61,344 nucleotides of DNA from Spirochaetota bacterium (GTDB taxonomy: Bacteria; Spirochaetota; GWE2-31-10). The notes under the pieces are model-generated. The model was not told the DNA's origin, made no database searches, and saw nothing but the letters and a program-made list of their open reading frames with translations. Position 1 is the first letter of the stretch. Each line of letters starts with the position of its first letter. Below are positions 21,290 to 31,580 of this stretch, one piece after another. The position numbers were made by a program, and so were the translations under genes. Location: the NCBI GenBank assembly GCA_045133795.1, contig JBGUUT010000100.1, forward strand, positions 1 to 61,344, given 5' to 3'.

Positions 21290-22027
21290 TTGTCTGGACA
21301 CAGTAAATGGGCAAATATACAGCATAAAAAAGGAGCGAATGATAAAAAAAGAGCTTCTATTTTTACAAAGATAATTAGAGAATTAACAGTTGCAGCTAAG
21401 GAAGGCGGAACAAATCCCGATGGAAATCCACGACTTAGAATGGCAATAATCAAAGCCAGAGCTGCTAATATGCCGAAAGATACAATGAAAAAGGCAATCG
21501 ATAAAGGTGCCGGCGGTGCAGATGGGGCAAATTATGAAGAGTTTACATATGAAGGTTATGCTCCGGAAGGTGTTGCTATATTAATGGAGATTATGACAGA
21601 CAATAGAAACAGAACCTCTTCTGATGTAAAATCTACATTGTCTAAGAATGGCGGTAATTTGGGTGCTAATGGTTGTGTGTCTTATATCTTCCATAAAAAA
21701 GGTGTTTTAGTATTTGAAAAATCTGTTATTTCTGAAGATGATGCCATGGCTATTGCGATAGATGCAGGAGCTGAAGATGTAATGTCTGAAGATGACAGTG
21801 TTGTTGTATATACTTCGCAAGAAGAGTTTGAAAATGTATTAAAAGCATTTGATGATAAAGGAATTGCACATATATCTGCAGAAGTTACAATGGTGCCTGA
21901 TACTTATCAAGAAGTATCAGCTGATCGTGTAGATAAAATTCTTGCATTAATAGAAAAATTAGAAGAATTTGATGATGTTCAAGCTGTTTATACAAACTTA
22001 AAGATTCCAGAAGATTATCAAGGGTAA
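21290..22027 (+). CDS. yebC: YebC/PmpR family protein
   Basis: MSGHSKWANIQHKK, YEGYAP, TDNRNRT; next to ruvCAB. Confidence 0.95.
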   Translation: MSGHSKWANIQHKKGANDKKRASIFTKIIRELTVAAKEGGTNPDGNPRLRMAIIKARAANMPKDTMKKAIDKGAGGADGANYEEFTYEGYAPEGVAILMEIMTDNRNRTSSDVKSTLSKNGGNLGANGCVSYIFHKKGVLVFEKSVISEDDAMAIAIDAGAEDVMSEDDSVVVYTSQEEFENVLKAFDDKGIAHISAEVTMVPDTYQEVSADRVDKILALIEKLEEFDDVQAVYTNLKIPEDYQG

Positions 22028-22070
22028 TTTTTTTATTATTTAATGATTTCTTATTTTTATTAAATAGGTT

Positions 22071-22110
22071 ATAGCCATGATGGATTTTTTTCATTATGGC
22101 TATTTGTTTT
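22071..22110 (+). terminator. Stem-loop (possible terminator) between yebC and ruvC
   Basis: ATAGCCATGATG...CATTATGGCTAT followed by TTGTTTT. Confidence 0.55.
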
Positions 22111-22146
22111 AATGGATATTGTATTATTTAAAATAAGAGGAATAAA

Positions 22147-22641
22147 TTGATTACTATAGGAATAGACCCCGGAATTGAACGAATAGGTGTGGGTGTTGTA
22201 GAGTCAAATAGCGGTAAAATGAGATTGTTGGCTCATGAATTAATCAAAACACCTTCATCTATGACAACAGCTGAAAGACTTTCAATGTTGTATGATAAGT
22301 TAACAGATTTTATTAAGGAATATAAAGCTGATAATGCGGCTGTAGAAGAATTGTTTTTTGCAAGAAATACTACAACGGCGATTGTTGTTGCACAAGCACG
22401 CGGTGTTATTTTATTAGCATTGCAAAAAGCCGGACTTCCTATTTACGAATATACTCCGTTACAAGTGAAACAATCTCTTTTGGGATATGGACGAGCGGAT
22501 AAAAAACAGATTCAATATATGATAAAAATGATGCTTGGGGATTCAGCTCCAAAGCAAGATGATGTTGCGGATGCGGTAGCTATTGCAATAACTCATATTA
22601 ATATGAATAGATTAAATGAAAAATTAAAAATATTATCATAG
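22147..22641 (+). CDS. ruvC: Holliday junction resolvase RuvC
   Basis: GIDPG, EELFF, QARGV, YTPLQVK, DDVADAVAIA. Confidence 0.96.
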   Translation: MITIGIDPGIERIGVGVVESNSGKMRLLAHELIKTPSSMTTAERLSMLYDKLTDFIKEYKADNAAVEELFFARNTTTAIVVAQARGVILLALQKAGLPIYEYTPLQVKQSLLGYGRADKKQIQYMIKMMLGDSAPKQDDVADAVAIAITHINMNRLNEKLKILS

Positions 22642-22651
22642 GATTTTTTTT

Positions 22652-23218
22652 ATGTATGATTATTTCAGAGGAATATTAGACCGGATAGACGGAAATGTTG
22701 CAATTATTGATGTAAACGGAATCGGTTATAGGGTGAGTTGTTCGCTTCCGGATATAGGAGCACTTTCCATGCAAAAAGGTAAAGAGGTAAAGCTTTTTTT
22801 GCATCTTGTACATAAAGAAGATACTATGTGTTTGTATGGTTTTTTGACAGAAGAAAGTAGAAAAGGTTATGAAGCATTATTAAAAGTGGGCGGAATCGGT
22901 CCGCGAACGGCTTTAAATATGTTATCACGTTGTAATATTGCGACTTTAGCACAATCTATAGAAAATGATGATGTCAGTATTTTAAAGAAAATTCCCGGAA
23001 TCGGAGAAAAAACTGCAAAAAAAATAATTTTAGATTTGAAAGGTAAACTTGCAGATTTAGTTGGAGATAAAATTTCTAAAGACGACCAAGACTTAGTATC
23101 TGCAATGATTTCTATGGGATATAATGAAAATGAAGTATTGAAATGTTATGAAAAAGCCAAGCCTTTTAGTGGGGATTTTTCTGCTGATATAAAGAAGTTC
23201 CTAAAGATGATGAGTTAG
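22652..23218 (+). CDS. ruvA: Holliday junction branch migration protein RuvA
   Basis: IDVNGIGY, LYGF, HhH motifs VGGIGPRTA and IPGIGEKTA. Confidence 0.96.
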   Translation: MYDYFRGILDRIDGNVAIIDVNGIGYRVSCSLPDIGALSMQKGKEVKLFLHLVHKEDTMCLYGFLTEESRKGYEALLKVGGIGPRTALNMLSRCNIATLAQSIENDDVSILKKIPGIGEKTAKKIILDLKGKLADLVGDKISKDDQDLVSAMISMGYNENEVLKCYEKAKPFSGDFSADIKKFLKMMS

Positions 23219-23231
23219 ATTTGGAGTATAT

Positions 23232-24245
23232 ATGAACGAAGATAAGCGAGAAGAAGACTTTGACATTGCGTTGAGACCGAGAAGATTGGATGATTTTATC
23301 GGTCAGAAAACTTTTGTTGAAAATTTAGGAATATACATTTCAGCAGCGAAGAAAAGAAATGAACCTTTAGATCATATATTACTTTCCGGACCTCCGGGAT
23401 TAGGAAAGACAACATTGTCAAATATTGTGTCAAAAGAAATGGGAGTAGATTTTAGAGGGACAAGTGCTCCTGTTTTGACAAAAGTCGGAGATTTAGCTGC
23501 AATTCTTACAGATATGAAGCGCGGCGATGTTTTTTTTATTGATGAAATTCATCGTTTAAATAAAAGCGTAGAAGAAGTTTTGTATTCTGCTATGGAAGAT
23601 TTTTCTATTGATATAATAATAGGTCAAGGGCCGGCTGCAAGAACATTGAAAGTTGACATTGAACCTTTTACTTTAGTCGGAGCAACAACTCGTTCCGGAT
23701 TGTTATCGTCCCCGCTTTTGGCTCGATTCGGGATAAATGAGAAACTTGATTTTTATCAAAATGAAGAGCTTTTTAAAATTATAAAGAGAGCTGCTTCTAT
23801 TTTAAAAATAGGTATAGATGAAGATGCCGGAATGTTTTTGGCTGGATGTTCACGAGGGACTCCAAGACGTGCAAACAGTATATTACGACGAGTTCGTGAT
23901 TTTGCACAGGTAAAAGGGAAAACTACGATTACACTTGATGTAGTAAAAGAAGCTTTGGAAAGATTGGGGATTGATAATCTTGGATTGAATAAGAATGACA
24001 AGAAATTGTTAGAAGTTGTAATTAAACATTATGGCGGCGGACCTGTAGGCTGCAAGACTTTAGCTATAAGTTTAGGTGAAGAAGTAGATACAATCGAAGA
24101 TGTTTATGAACCGTATTTAATTCAAATCGGATTTTTGCAAAGAACTCCTCGCGGAAGAGTTGCAACGCAAAAGGCTTATGAGCATTTAGGTTTTGATATT
24201 CCGCTAGATTTTCAAGATGAGGAAGCTAATCTTTTTTCATCGTAA
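23232..24245 (+). CDS. ruvB: Holliday junction helicase RuvB
   Basis: LRP...DFIGQ, GPPGLGKTT, FIDEIHRL, RTPRGR. Confidence 0.98.
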   Translation: MNEDKREEDFDIALRPRRLDDFIGQKTFVENLGIYISAAKKRNEPLDHILLSGPPGLGKTTLSNIVSKEMGVDFRGTSAPVLTKVGDLAAILTDMKRGDVFFIDEIHRLNKSVEEVLYSAMEDFSIDIIIGQGPAARTLKVDIEPFTLVGATTRSGLLSSPLLARFGINEKLDFYQNEELFKIIKRAASILKIGIDEDAGMFLAGCSRGTPRRANSILRRVRDFAQVKGKTTITLDVVKEALERLGIDNLGLNKNDKKLLEVVIKHYGGGPVGCKTLAISLGEEVDTIEDVYEPYLIQIGFLQRTPRGRVATQKAYEHLGFDIPLDFQDEEANLFSS

Positions 24246-24299
24246 AAGTAGAAAATTACATGATATATATATTTAATGAGGAAAAAAACGAGGTAAAAA

Positions 24300-25334
24300 A
24301 TGCAAACGGAAGATTATAATTTTGAAGTACCTGAACACTTGATAGCACAACATCCTGCGGCTCACAGAAGTGATTCAAAAATGTTAGTGTATTATCGAGA
24401 TTCTAAAAAAATAGAAGATAGAATGTTTAAGGATTTACCGGAGATTTTAGATAATAAGTATCATTTGGTTTTTAATAATTCACGAGTAATTTCATCGCGG
24501 CTTGCGGTGGTAAAAGAAAGTACCGGGCACAAAGGTGAGCTTTTAATTTTAAAGCTTGAAGACGCAAATCATGCGGTAGCATTAACAGATAAAAGCAAAA
24601 AATATAAAAAGGGAGAACGGATTATTCTTCCTTGTGATGATAAAAAATTGGTTTGTGTGGTAGAAGAAGAAATTGATACTTTAAAAAAACGACTTTATTG
24701 TGAAGATGCGATATTTACTGTTGAATATTTGAATAAATACGGAACAATTCCGCTTCCGCCTTATATAAAAAAAGATGTTGATGATGACGACAAGATTCGT
24801 TACCAAACTATTTACAGTAAACCTTATGGGTCGGCTGCAGCTCCTACGGCAGGATTGCACTTTGATGAAAAAGTTTTCTCAGAATTGCAAGCTAAAGGTG
24901 TGAACCATACTTATGTAACTTTGCATGTGGGACTAGGTACATTTCAGCCGATTTACAGTGACACGATAGAAGCACATCAAATTCATCAGGAAGAATATGA
25001 GATTAGTGAAAATGAAGCTCGAGAATTGAATGAAGCTTTATCTTCCGGGAAAATTTTACTTCCGGTGGGAACTACATCTCTTCGTACAATAGAAAGTAAT
25101 TTTGATAACGGAAGTTTTAAATCCGGACATTTTGCAACTCGTCTTTATATAACACCGGGATATGAATTAAAAGCAGCCGGTGCATTGTTTACTAATTTTC
25201 ATACACCTAAATCGTCTTTAGCGGTTTTAGTGTCAGCTATTACGGGATATGATGAATTCAAGAGAATTTATAATCATGCAATAAAGGAAGAATATAGATT
25301 TTTTAGTTATGGTGATTGTATGCTGATTTTATAA
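24300..25334 (+). CDS. queA: SAM:tRNA ribosyltransferase-isomerase QueA
   Basis: PLPPYI, AAPTAGLHF, LHVGLGTF, TNFHTPKS, YRFFSYGD. Confidence 0.97.
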   Translation: MQTEDYNFEVPEHLIAQHPAAHRSDSKMLVYYRDSKKIEDRMFKDLPEILDNKYHLVFNNSRVISSRLAVVKESTGHKGELLILKLEDANHAVALTDKSKKYKKGERIILPCDDKKLVCVVEEEIDTLKKRLYCEDAIFTVEYLNKYGTIPLPPYIKKDVDDDDKIRYQTIYSKPYGSAAAPTAGLHFDEKVFSELQAKGVNHTYVTLHVGLGTFQPIYSDTIEAHQIHQEEYEISENEARELNEALSSGKILLPVGTTSLRTIESNFDNGSFKSGHFATRLYITPGYELKAAGALFTNFHTPKSSLAVLVSAITGYDEFKRIYNHAIKEEYRFFSYGDCMLIL

Positions 25335-25347
25335 TTAGGAGAAGACA

Positions 25348-28300
25348 ATGTCATTACAGAATTATTTGAGTTTTTATCACAAACAGCTTCTGGCAGAGAC
25401 TCTCAGAACAACGGAAAATTATATACATGGTTTTCTTATATTTCATACGGAGCAGGTTTTTGCCGCTACAGATGAGATTTTGTTATTTATAAAAGAGCAA
25501 TTTGAGAATCATACAATTCTTAGATCTTCGGATGTGATGAAAGAATATTGGCATCCTTATGCACCTTTTTTAGATGATGTTATACAAGGATATTCTAGCT
25601 TTTCGGAAGAAGAGATAAATGAATTGTTTGAAAAACTTTGTGTTTTTTATAATCATCGTCCGATTCTTCAGGCATTGATTCGAGGGGTAACACTTAAACG
25701 CAATGAAGATATTTTAGAAGATGAAATTTTTCATGAAAAAGAAGCTATTATTGAAGCAATAATTCGTTTGTTTTTGTATTTACACAGAAATGAAAAGCTT
25801 GTAATTGTCATTGATAATTTTTATTCTCTTCCGCCGTCATCACAGGAAGTTTTGTTGCGGTTGTCGAGAAAGAAAGGAGCTAATTTTGTTATTATTATAG
25901 TTTTTAATAAGGACAAAGACGGCGGAGTACGTGAAGATTCAATTCATTTCAGGAAAAAATTAGAACAAAAAACAAATATTTTATTCTTAGAAAAAAATCA
26001 AATTAATTCAAATTCAAAGCATTCGGACATTTCTCTTATCAAGAAGCAAACCGGTATTCAAGCAGATTCATTGTTTAAAAAATTAGATTTGGCGTTTCTT
26101 CTTTTGGCATTTGATGATTGTCGACATCTTTGTGAACTTTTAGCACCTATGCAAGACAGCTTACCGTTGAATATGCAATTTCGTTTTCATTTGGCACATG
26201 GAAAGACTTTTTTAATGAATTACGAATTTACGCAAGCGGGAACATGTATCAATTTTGCTTTGAAATTGGCAGAGGAACTCGGAGATTATGAGGCCTTAGC
26301 GGAAGCTCATTATTGGTTTGGGCTTGCATCTTTTCTAAAAGGAGATTTGGACGATACAAGGAATCACGGTTTTATTTGTGTTCAGACGGGAAAGGATTTA
26401 CATAATAAAGTAATTGAAATGCGAGGGCGTTTGTTGCTTTTTATTTCTTCTGACGGAGATTTTAATATTCGTGAAGTCAGAGAATTGTGGGAAGAAAATT
26501 TTAATCGTTTAACATTGCTTGCTGAAAAATTAAACTGGAGTAATACTCAAATTTATTGTTACACATCAACGCCGTTTGTTTTGTCTACATATTTTTCTCC
26601 GTATTATAACAAGTTGTTGAATTGCGGTATTGATATGGCGATAGAAAAAAAATATTTTTATCGCTTGTCGTGGGCATATCAAGGGAAAAGTGTTGCGTAT
26701 GCAATTCGCGGAAAGTATTCAAGTGTTCTTAAATATTACCTTAAAAGTTTACATTATAAAAAGTTGGTGAAAGATTTCAGAGGCTTGACTTATATTTATA
26801 ACGGAATAGGGTCTTATTATTGTTTTGTCGGAAATTACAGAGATTCGGTACATTATCACTTTTTGGCATTGAAATATTTACGAAGGAGTCTTGAATATAG
26901 AGAAGTAACGGCAACGTTAATGAATCTGGGAATGTGTAGTTTTGTATGTGCTAATGATAAAATGGCTCTTTATTATTTAGAGCGAATGAATAGAATATCA
27001 AAGCTTAACAGAATTGAAGGAATCATGGGATATACAAAAGAGCTTCAAGATTTATTTTTGGCTCTTGTTTATGCGTTGAACGGTCGTTATGTAGATGCGT
27101 ATCATTATTATTGTATTATTAAGGATAAGGATTTTCAAAATGCATCAGCAACGGCAGAATCTCATTATTTCTTTTTGTTACTTAAAACGTTGTTTGCCGT
27201 ACATGAAAATGTTTTGGATAAAGTAGAAGAATATTTGTCTTCTATCGAAGAAATTTTATTGAACAGTAATCAACAGTATCATTTATTGCGTTTTTATTAT
27301 CAGGCTTTTTTAATTTATCAGGAGTTAAAATTTACATCAAAAAGTATGGAAATGCTTGCAAAAGGACAGCAGAAGGCTGAAGAATTGCAAAATGTTTTTT
27401 TTATTTCTGTATTTGAAAAACTTTCTATAGGACGAAAAATAAATTTATCTTCACGAAAGTGGTTTAGACCGTTGAATATATCTTCATGGATTCAAGCATC
27501 TAATTTACAAATAAATATCAATGAATTACGCGGAAGAATCAATGAAATTAATCTTTTAAATAAATTGCGTAGTTATTATGTATTACCAGATTCACATGAA
27601 CAATTATTACTGCGAGTCATGTGTATTTTAAAAGAAGACCTTTTGTTTACTTCTGTTTATTTGTATAAAAAAGAAAACGGAATGTGGTTTTTTAAGAACG
27701 GAACGGATAATTCTTTAGATTTACCGCAAGATAAGCTTGAAGTTTATTTCCGAGAACGTGCCAGAAAAATTCTTCTAAAACGAAAAGGAGAATGTAAACA
27801 TTTTCCGGGGATGACATCGGTTCTTTTTATTCCGATGAAAGTCGGAGATATGGAATTGGGCTTGATGTTTACCGTAGCTGAAAAATATAGTTTTGAAATA
27901 AGCGAAGATTGTATAAAAATATTAAATATCATAGTACAGCAATTGGAATTGGTTTTAGAAAAGAAAATACGCGAAGAAGCTATTGTTGAAAAAAATATAC
28001 GGCTTGAAAAGGATAATAAAGAATTAAAAATACTTGCAAATACGGATAGGTTGACGGGAGTAAATAATCGTCAGGCGTTACAATTTTTCTTGAAACGTGC
28101 ATCTGAAGCATTTTTATTAAGAGAAAATCCTGTAGGAATTTCTGCGTTATTTTTGGATCTTGATAATTTTAAATATTACAATGATACATTCGGACATAAT
28201 CTAGGTGATTTTTTGTTAATTCAGTTTACAAGAGTTCTTATGCGTAATGTTCGTTCGGTTGATGATTTTATTGCACGTTTCGGCGGAGATGAGTTTATTA

Positions 28301-28578
28301 TTATTTTACCAGATACGGCACAAGATGCTGCTGTTCACGTAGCAAAACGAATTCTTGAAGATATTGAAAAAAATAATCATTTTATTCCTGCGATATGTGA
28401 GTATTTGGGACGAATTCCGGAAATTGAAGATGAATATAAATTATCTGTATCTATAGGAATTGCGACATATAAAACTGTCAGCGGTATTGAAAATCTTATA
28501 CCATCGGCAGATAAAGCGTTGTATGAAGCTAAAAGAGGCGGTAAATCACGTTTTGCCGTATTTGAGGAAGACATTTAA
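25348..28578 (+). CDS. Large soluble diguanylate cyclase with a TPR region and a GAF-like segment
   Basis: C-terminal DRLTGVNNR, DLDNFKYYND.FGH, RFGGDEF, ADKALYEAK; central TPR-like helices. Confidence 0.88.
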   Translation: MSLQNYLSFYHKQLLAETLRTTENYIHGFLIFHTEQVFAATDEILLFIKEQFENHTILRSSDVMKEYWHPYAPFLDDVIQGYSSFSEEEINELFEKLCVFYNHRPILQALIRGVTLKRNEDILEDEIFHEKEAIIEAIIRLFLYLHRNEKLVIVIDNFYSLPPSSQEVLLRLSRKKGANFVIIIVFNKDKDGGVREDSIHFRKKLEQKTNILFLEKNQINSNSKHSDISLIKKQTGIQADSLFKKLDLAFLLLAFDDCRHLCELLAPMQDSLPLNMQFRFHLAHGKTFLMNYEFTQAGTCINFALKLAEELGDYEALAEAHYWFGLASFLKGDLDDTRNHGFICVQTGKDLHNKVIEMRGRLLLFISSDGDFNIREVRELWEENFNRLTLLAEKLNWSNTQIYCYTSTPFVLSTYFSPYYNKLLNCGIDMAIEKKYFYRLSWAYQGKSVAYAIRGKYSSVLKYYLKSLHYKKLVKDFRGLTYIYNGIGSYYCFVGNYRDSVHYHFLALKYLRRSLEYREVTATLMNLGMCSFVCANDKMALYYLERMNRISKLNRIEGIMGYTKELQDLFLALVYALNGRYVDAYHYYCIIKDKDFQNASATAESHYFFLLLKTLFAVHENVLDKVEEYLSSIEEILLNSNQQYHLLRFYYQAFLIYQELKFTSKSMEMLAKGQQKAEELQNVFFISVFEKLSIGRKINLSSRKWFRPLNISSWIQASNLQININELRGRINEINLLNKLRSYYVLPDSHEQLLLRVMCILKEDLLFTSVYLYKKENGMWFFKNGTDNSLDLPQDKLEVYFRERARKILLKRKGECKHFPGMTSVLFIPMKVGDMELGLMFTVAEKYSFEISEDCIKILNIIVQQLELVLEKKIREEAIVEKNIRLEKDNKELKILANTDRLTGVNNRQALQFFLKRASEAFLLRENPVGISALFLDLDNFKYYNDTFGHNLGDFLLIQFTRVLMRNVRSVDDFIARFGGDEFIIILPDTAQDAAVHVAKRILEDIEKNNHFIPAICEYLGRIPEIEDEYKLSVSIGIATYKTVSGIENLIPSADKALYEAKRGGKSRFAVFEEDI

Positions 28579-28602
28579 TTATCATAAAAAATGGAGACTT
28601 TA

Positions 28603-29808
28603 ATGAAAAGTAAGTTTATTCGTATATTATTAATATCTATAATGGCGGTGTTTGTTTTTTCATGTAAAAATCAAGCTCAAAAAAGTCAGCGTGATAAAGC
28701 AAAGTTTATGAAAGATTATCAAGGAAAAAAGATTGTCGGATATTTCCCGGCAAGATACTCATTGGCACAAGATTATGATGCCGGAACACCTTATTTGACG
28801 CATTTATTGTTGTGGTTTTACAATCCGGACGAAGAATATAATTTTTATTGTGATGAAGCTCAAGAACATGAAGTTATGCAACTTATAAAAAAAGCAAAAC
28901 GTGATAATTGCAAGGTTTTTCTTTCAATCGCTGGCGGAGCTGTTCATGCCGGTTCAGAGTATGCAGACCGTTATCGTTATTTGGTTAGTCCGGAAAATCA
29001 CGATTTCTTTGCTCAAAAACTTGTAGAGCTAGCAAAACATTATAATGCGGACGGAATAGATTTGGATCTTGAAGGTTCTATGATTTTACCGGGATTTTCT
29101 GAATTTATTGTTTTGGCAAAAGAAAAGTTGTCTCAGAATAAAATTGAGCTTTCCGGAGCTTTTAATATTTACGGTGGGAAAAAACTGACAGATGAGGCGG
29201 TTCACGCGTTTGATTTTATAAATATTATGGCATATAACGAGTCTGGATTGTTTGAAAAGAAATTGCGTAATCATTCATCTTATTATCATGCACAAAAACA
29301 TTTAAATTATTGGACAGATACGAGAAAAGTTGCTGCTGAAAAAGTTATTCTCGGTGTGCCTTTTTACGGCTGGTATAATGAATTTGATTTAGCCGGAGAA
29401 TTGTTGGAAAAACGTTCTATTTCTTTTTCTTACGTAAACAAACACTTTCATAATTTATCGGAAAAAGATAATCTTGTAGAAATTGAAACTGATACACGAC
29501 GAATAGTTTTTACTTTTAACGGTGTAGATTTGATTGCACAGAAAACACAATTATCTAAAAATTACGGCGGAATAATGATTTGGCATATAGCACAAGATAG
29601 CGACGATTTGAAGCTGTTGCGTACGGTTGCAGATAATTTGCAATATAAACCGGAAAACGTTGAAAATAGCGATGTTTCTGATGATTTGACGGGAATTGAC
29701 GTGACGTCTGATTTACAAGATGTTACGACGGATGTTGAAGTAGAGTTGATTGAGGATAACGGAGAGTTACGCCCTGTAAGAGCAAGTGATTTATTGCCGA
29801 CCAATTAA
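28603..29808 (+). CDS. GH18 chitinase-like lipoprotein
   Basis: Lipobox VFSC, SIAGG, intact DGIDLDLE (DxxDxDxE), NIMAY, GVPFYG, GGIMIW. Start may instead be 28591. Confidence 0.88.
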   Translation: MKSKFIRILLISIMAVFVFSCKNQAQKSQRDKAKFMKDYQGKKIVGYFPARYSLAQDYDAGTPYLTHLLLWFYNPDEEYNFYCDEAQEHEVMQLIKKAKRDNCKVFLSIAGGAVHAGSEYADRYRYLVSPENHDFFAQKLVELAKHYNADGIDLDLEGSMILPGFSEFIVLAKEKLSQNKIELSGAFNIYGGKKLTDEAVHAFDFINIMAYNESGLFEKKLRNHSSYYHAQKHLNYWTDTRKVAAEKVILGVPFYGWYNEFDLAGELLEKRSISFSYVNKHFHNLSEKDNLVEIETDTRRIVFTFNGVDLIAQKTQLSKNYGGIMIWHIAQDSDDLKLLRTVADNLQYKPENVENSDVSDDLTGIDVTSDLQDVTTDVEVELIEDNGELRPVRASDLLPTN

Positions 29809-29871
29809 GATGGTATAAAATTAGCTTATGTGTTTGAAATTATAATAAAAAGCAAATTTTGAGGAGGTTCT

Positions 29872-30282
29872 ATGAAAAGATTTGTTTTGTGTTTATTTAT
29901 GTTTTGCGGTGTTTTTGGACTTTTTGCTGAAATTCGTTATGAGCAAAAAGATAATGAGTTTGAATGTATTATAACGTACAAAAATGACAATTTGAATGCG
30001 GTAAATATCATTGGTTCTATGACTGATGATTGGGCGGAACCCGGTGTGCCAATGGTAAAAAATGCGGACGGTGTTTGGGAGTATCGTTTTAAAATGACTC
30101 GTTCACGAGAGTTTTATAAGTTTTACAATCCTGCAACTGAAGGAGAAACGGCTTACATAGAAGACCCAGAAGCACAGGAAACAATTGACAGTCCTATAGG
30201 CGGAAAAAATGCAGTAGCAAAACGACCGCCTAGAAAAGTAAAAAGAGTAGTTACTGTCGTAGAAGAAGTTGTAGAGGAATAA
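29872..30282 (+). CDS. Secreted protein with a CBM48/E-set (AMPK-beta-like) glycogen-binding domain
   Basis: Signal peptide; V.IIGS...W....PM.K..DGVW...YKF....DP pattern. Confidence 0.7.
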   Translation: MKRFVLCLFMFCGVFGLFAEIRYEQKDNEFECIITYKNDNLNAVNIIGSMTDDWAEPGVPMVKNADGVWEYRFKMTRSREFYKFYNPATEGETAYIEDPEAQETIDSPIGGKNAVAKRPPRKVKRVVTVVEEVVEE

Positions 30283-30306
30283 AAACTCTTTTGTCTTTGT
30301 ACCAAC

Positions 30307-30336
30307 AAAAAAAGAGCAGTCTAACAAGACTGCTCT
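30307..30336 (-). terminator. Intrinsic terminator, minus-strand orientation
   Basis: 10-bp perfect stem; the U-run is only on the minus strand, where no credible CDS ends. Confidence 0.8.
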
Positions 30337-30386
30337 AAGCAATTAAGCTACCGGGTACATAAGGCGGGAGGGGTAAGTACCCGGCA
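30307..30386 (-). ncRNA. Candidate small regulatory RNA with a C-rich anti-SD loop
   Basis: Minus strand: GCCGGGTAC-[TTACCCCTCCCGCCTTAT]-GTACCCGGT, then terminator AGAGCAGTCT-TGTT-AGACTGCTCT-TTTTTT; sigma28-like promoter upstream. Confidence 0.6.
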
Positions 30387-30393
30387 ATAACTA

Positions 30394-30421
30394 TATTCGG
30401 GGAAAATCAAAAAAAACTTTA
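30394..30421 (-). promoter_or_regulatory. sigma28 (FliA/SigD)-like promoter
   Basis: Minus strand TAAAGTTT...CCCGAATA (TAAA-N16-CCCGAATA), versus consensus TAAA-N15-GCCGATAA. Confidence 0.5.
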
Positions 30422-30447
30422 ATGAGCAAAAATTATTTTTTAATAAA

Positions 30448-31518
30448 ATGGGAAAACAGTTTGAAAATCGAAAAATAATACATATTGATATGGATGCTTT
30501 TTATGTGTCGGTAGAGCTGCTTTCTCATCCGGAATTGATAAATAAACCGGTAGCCGTAGGCAGAGCTCAAGATGAACGCGGTGTAATATCGACAGCTAAC
30601 TATGAAGCCAGAAAATACGGTGTTCATTCAGCGTTAAGTGTATCAGAAGCGTACCGATTATGTCCGCATTTGATATTGCTACCTCCTAATTTCAGAAAAT
30701 ATGAAGAAATATCAAAAGATATTTACCAAATGTATTGCCAATATACAGATAAAGTAGAACCGATTGCACTTGACGAATGTTATCTTGATGTTACAGGGAA
30801 AGGTTCTGCGACTTTAATCGCAAAAGAACTTAAATATAAAATTAGAATGAGACATGATTTAACAGCTTCAGCCGGAGTATCGTGTAACAAACTTATTGCA
30901 AAAATTGCGTCGGATTATCGTAAACCGGACGGCTTTTTGTTGGTAAAACCGTGTGATGTTGCAGAATTTATTGCGGATATCGATATAAAAGATATTCAAG
31001 GTGTCGGCAGTGAAACAGCTAAGAAAATAGAAAGTTTAAAACTGGGGAAGACTTGTCGTGATTTACAAAGAATAAGTTTGATTGATATGATTCGATTGTT
31101 TGGAAGTTACGGCGAGAAGCTGTATTATTTTGTCAGAGGAATTGACGAAAGACCGGTTGAAGCTAATCGAGAAATGAAATCTTTGGGGACGGAAGATACG
31201 TTTCCGGAAGATTTGTATATTGAAGATGAAATCTTGGATGAGCTGAAACGACAGATTGAAGAAATTAAACCAAAAGCACAAAGTAAAAAATTGCGTTGGA
31301 AAACAGTTACTTTGAAAGTTAAATACAGAACATTTATTCAAGTTACCCGAAGTAAAACATACACGGATTTTATTGATGATTTTGAGCAAACTTTTGATGA
31401 TATTAAGATTTTACTGAAAGAGGGAAATATTGATATTGAAGCCGGAGTACGTCTTGTAGGGGTAACTATTTCGAATTTTGAGCCTTTGATACATCAATTA
31501 GAACTTATTTTTCCATAA
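30448..31518 (+). CDS. dinB: DNA polymerase IV
   Basis: HIDMDAFYVSVE, ANYEARKYGV, LDECYLD, AKIASDYRKPDG. Confidence 0.96.
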   Translation: MGKQFENRKIIHIDMDAFYVSVELLSHPELINKPVAVGRAQDERGVISTANYEARKYGVHSALSVSEAYRLCPHLILLPPNFRKYEEISKDIYQMYCQYTDKVEPIALDECYLDVTGKGSATLIAKELKYKIRMRHDLTASAGVSCNKLIAKIASDYRKPDGFLLVKPCDVAEFIADIDIKDIQGVGSETAKKIESLKLGKTCRDLQRISLIDMIRLFGSYGEKLYYFVRGIDERPVEANREMKSLGTEDTFPEDLYIEDEILDELKRQIEEIKPKAQSKKLRWKTVTLKVKYRTFIQVTRSKTYTDFIDDFEQTFDDIKILLKEGNIDIEAGVRLVGVTISNFEPLIHQLELIFP

Positions 31519-31580
31519 GGCTTCCAGTTAATACCTAAGTGTTTCGATAATATAAAAAAATTTAAGCTTAGGTTGAAATC

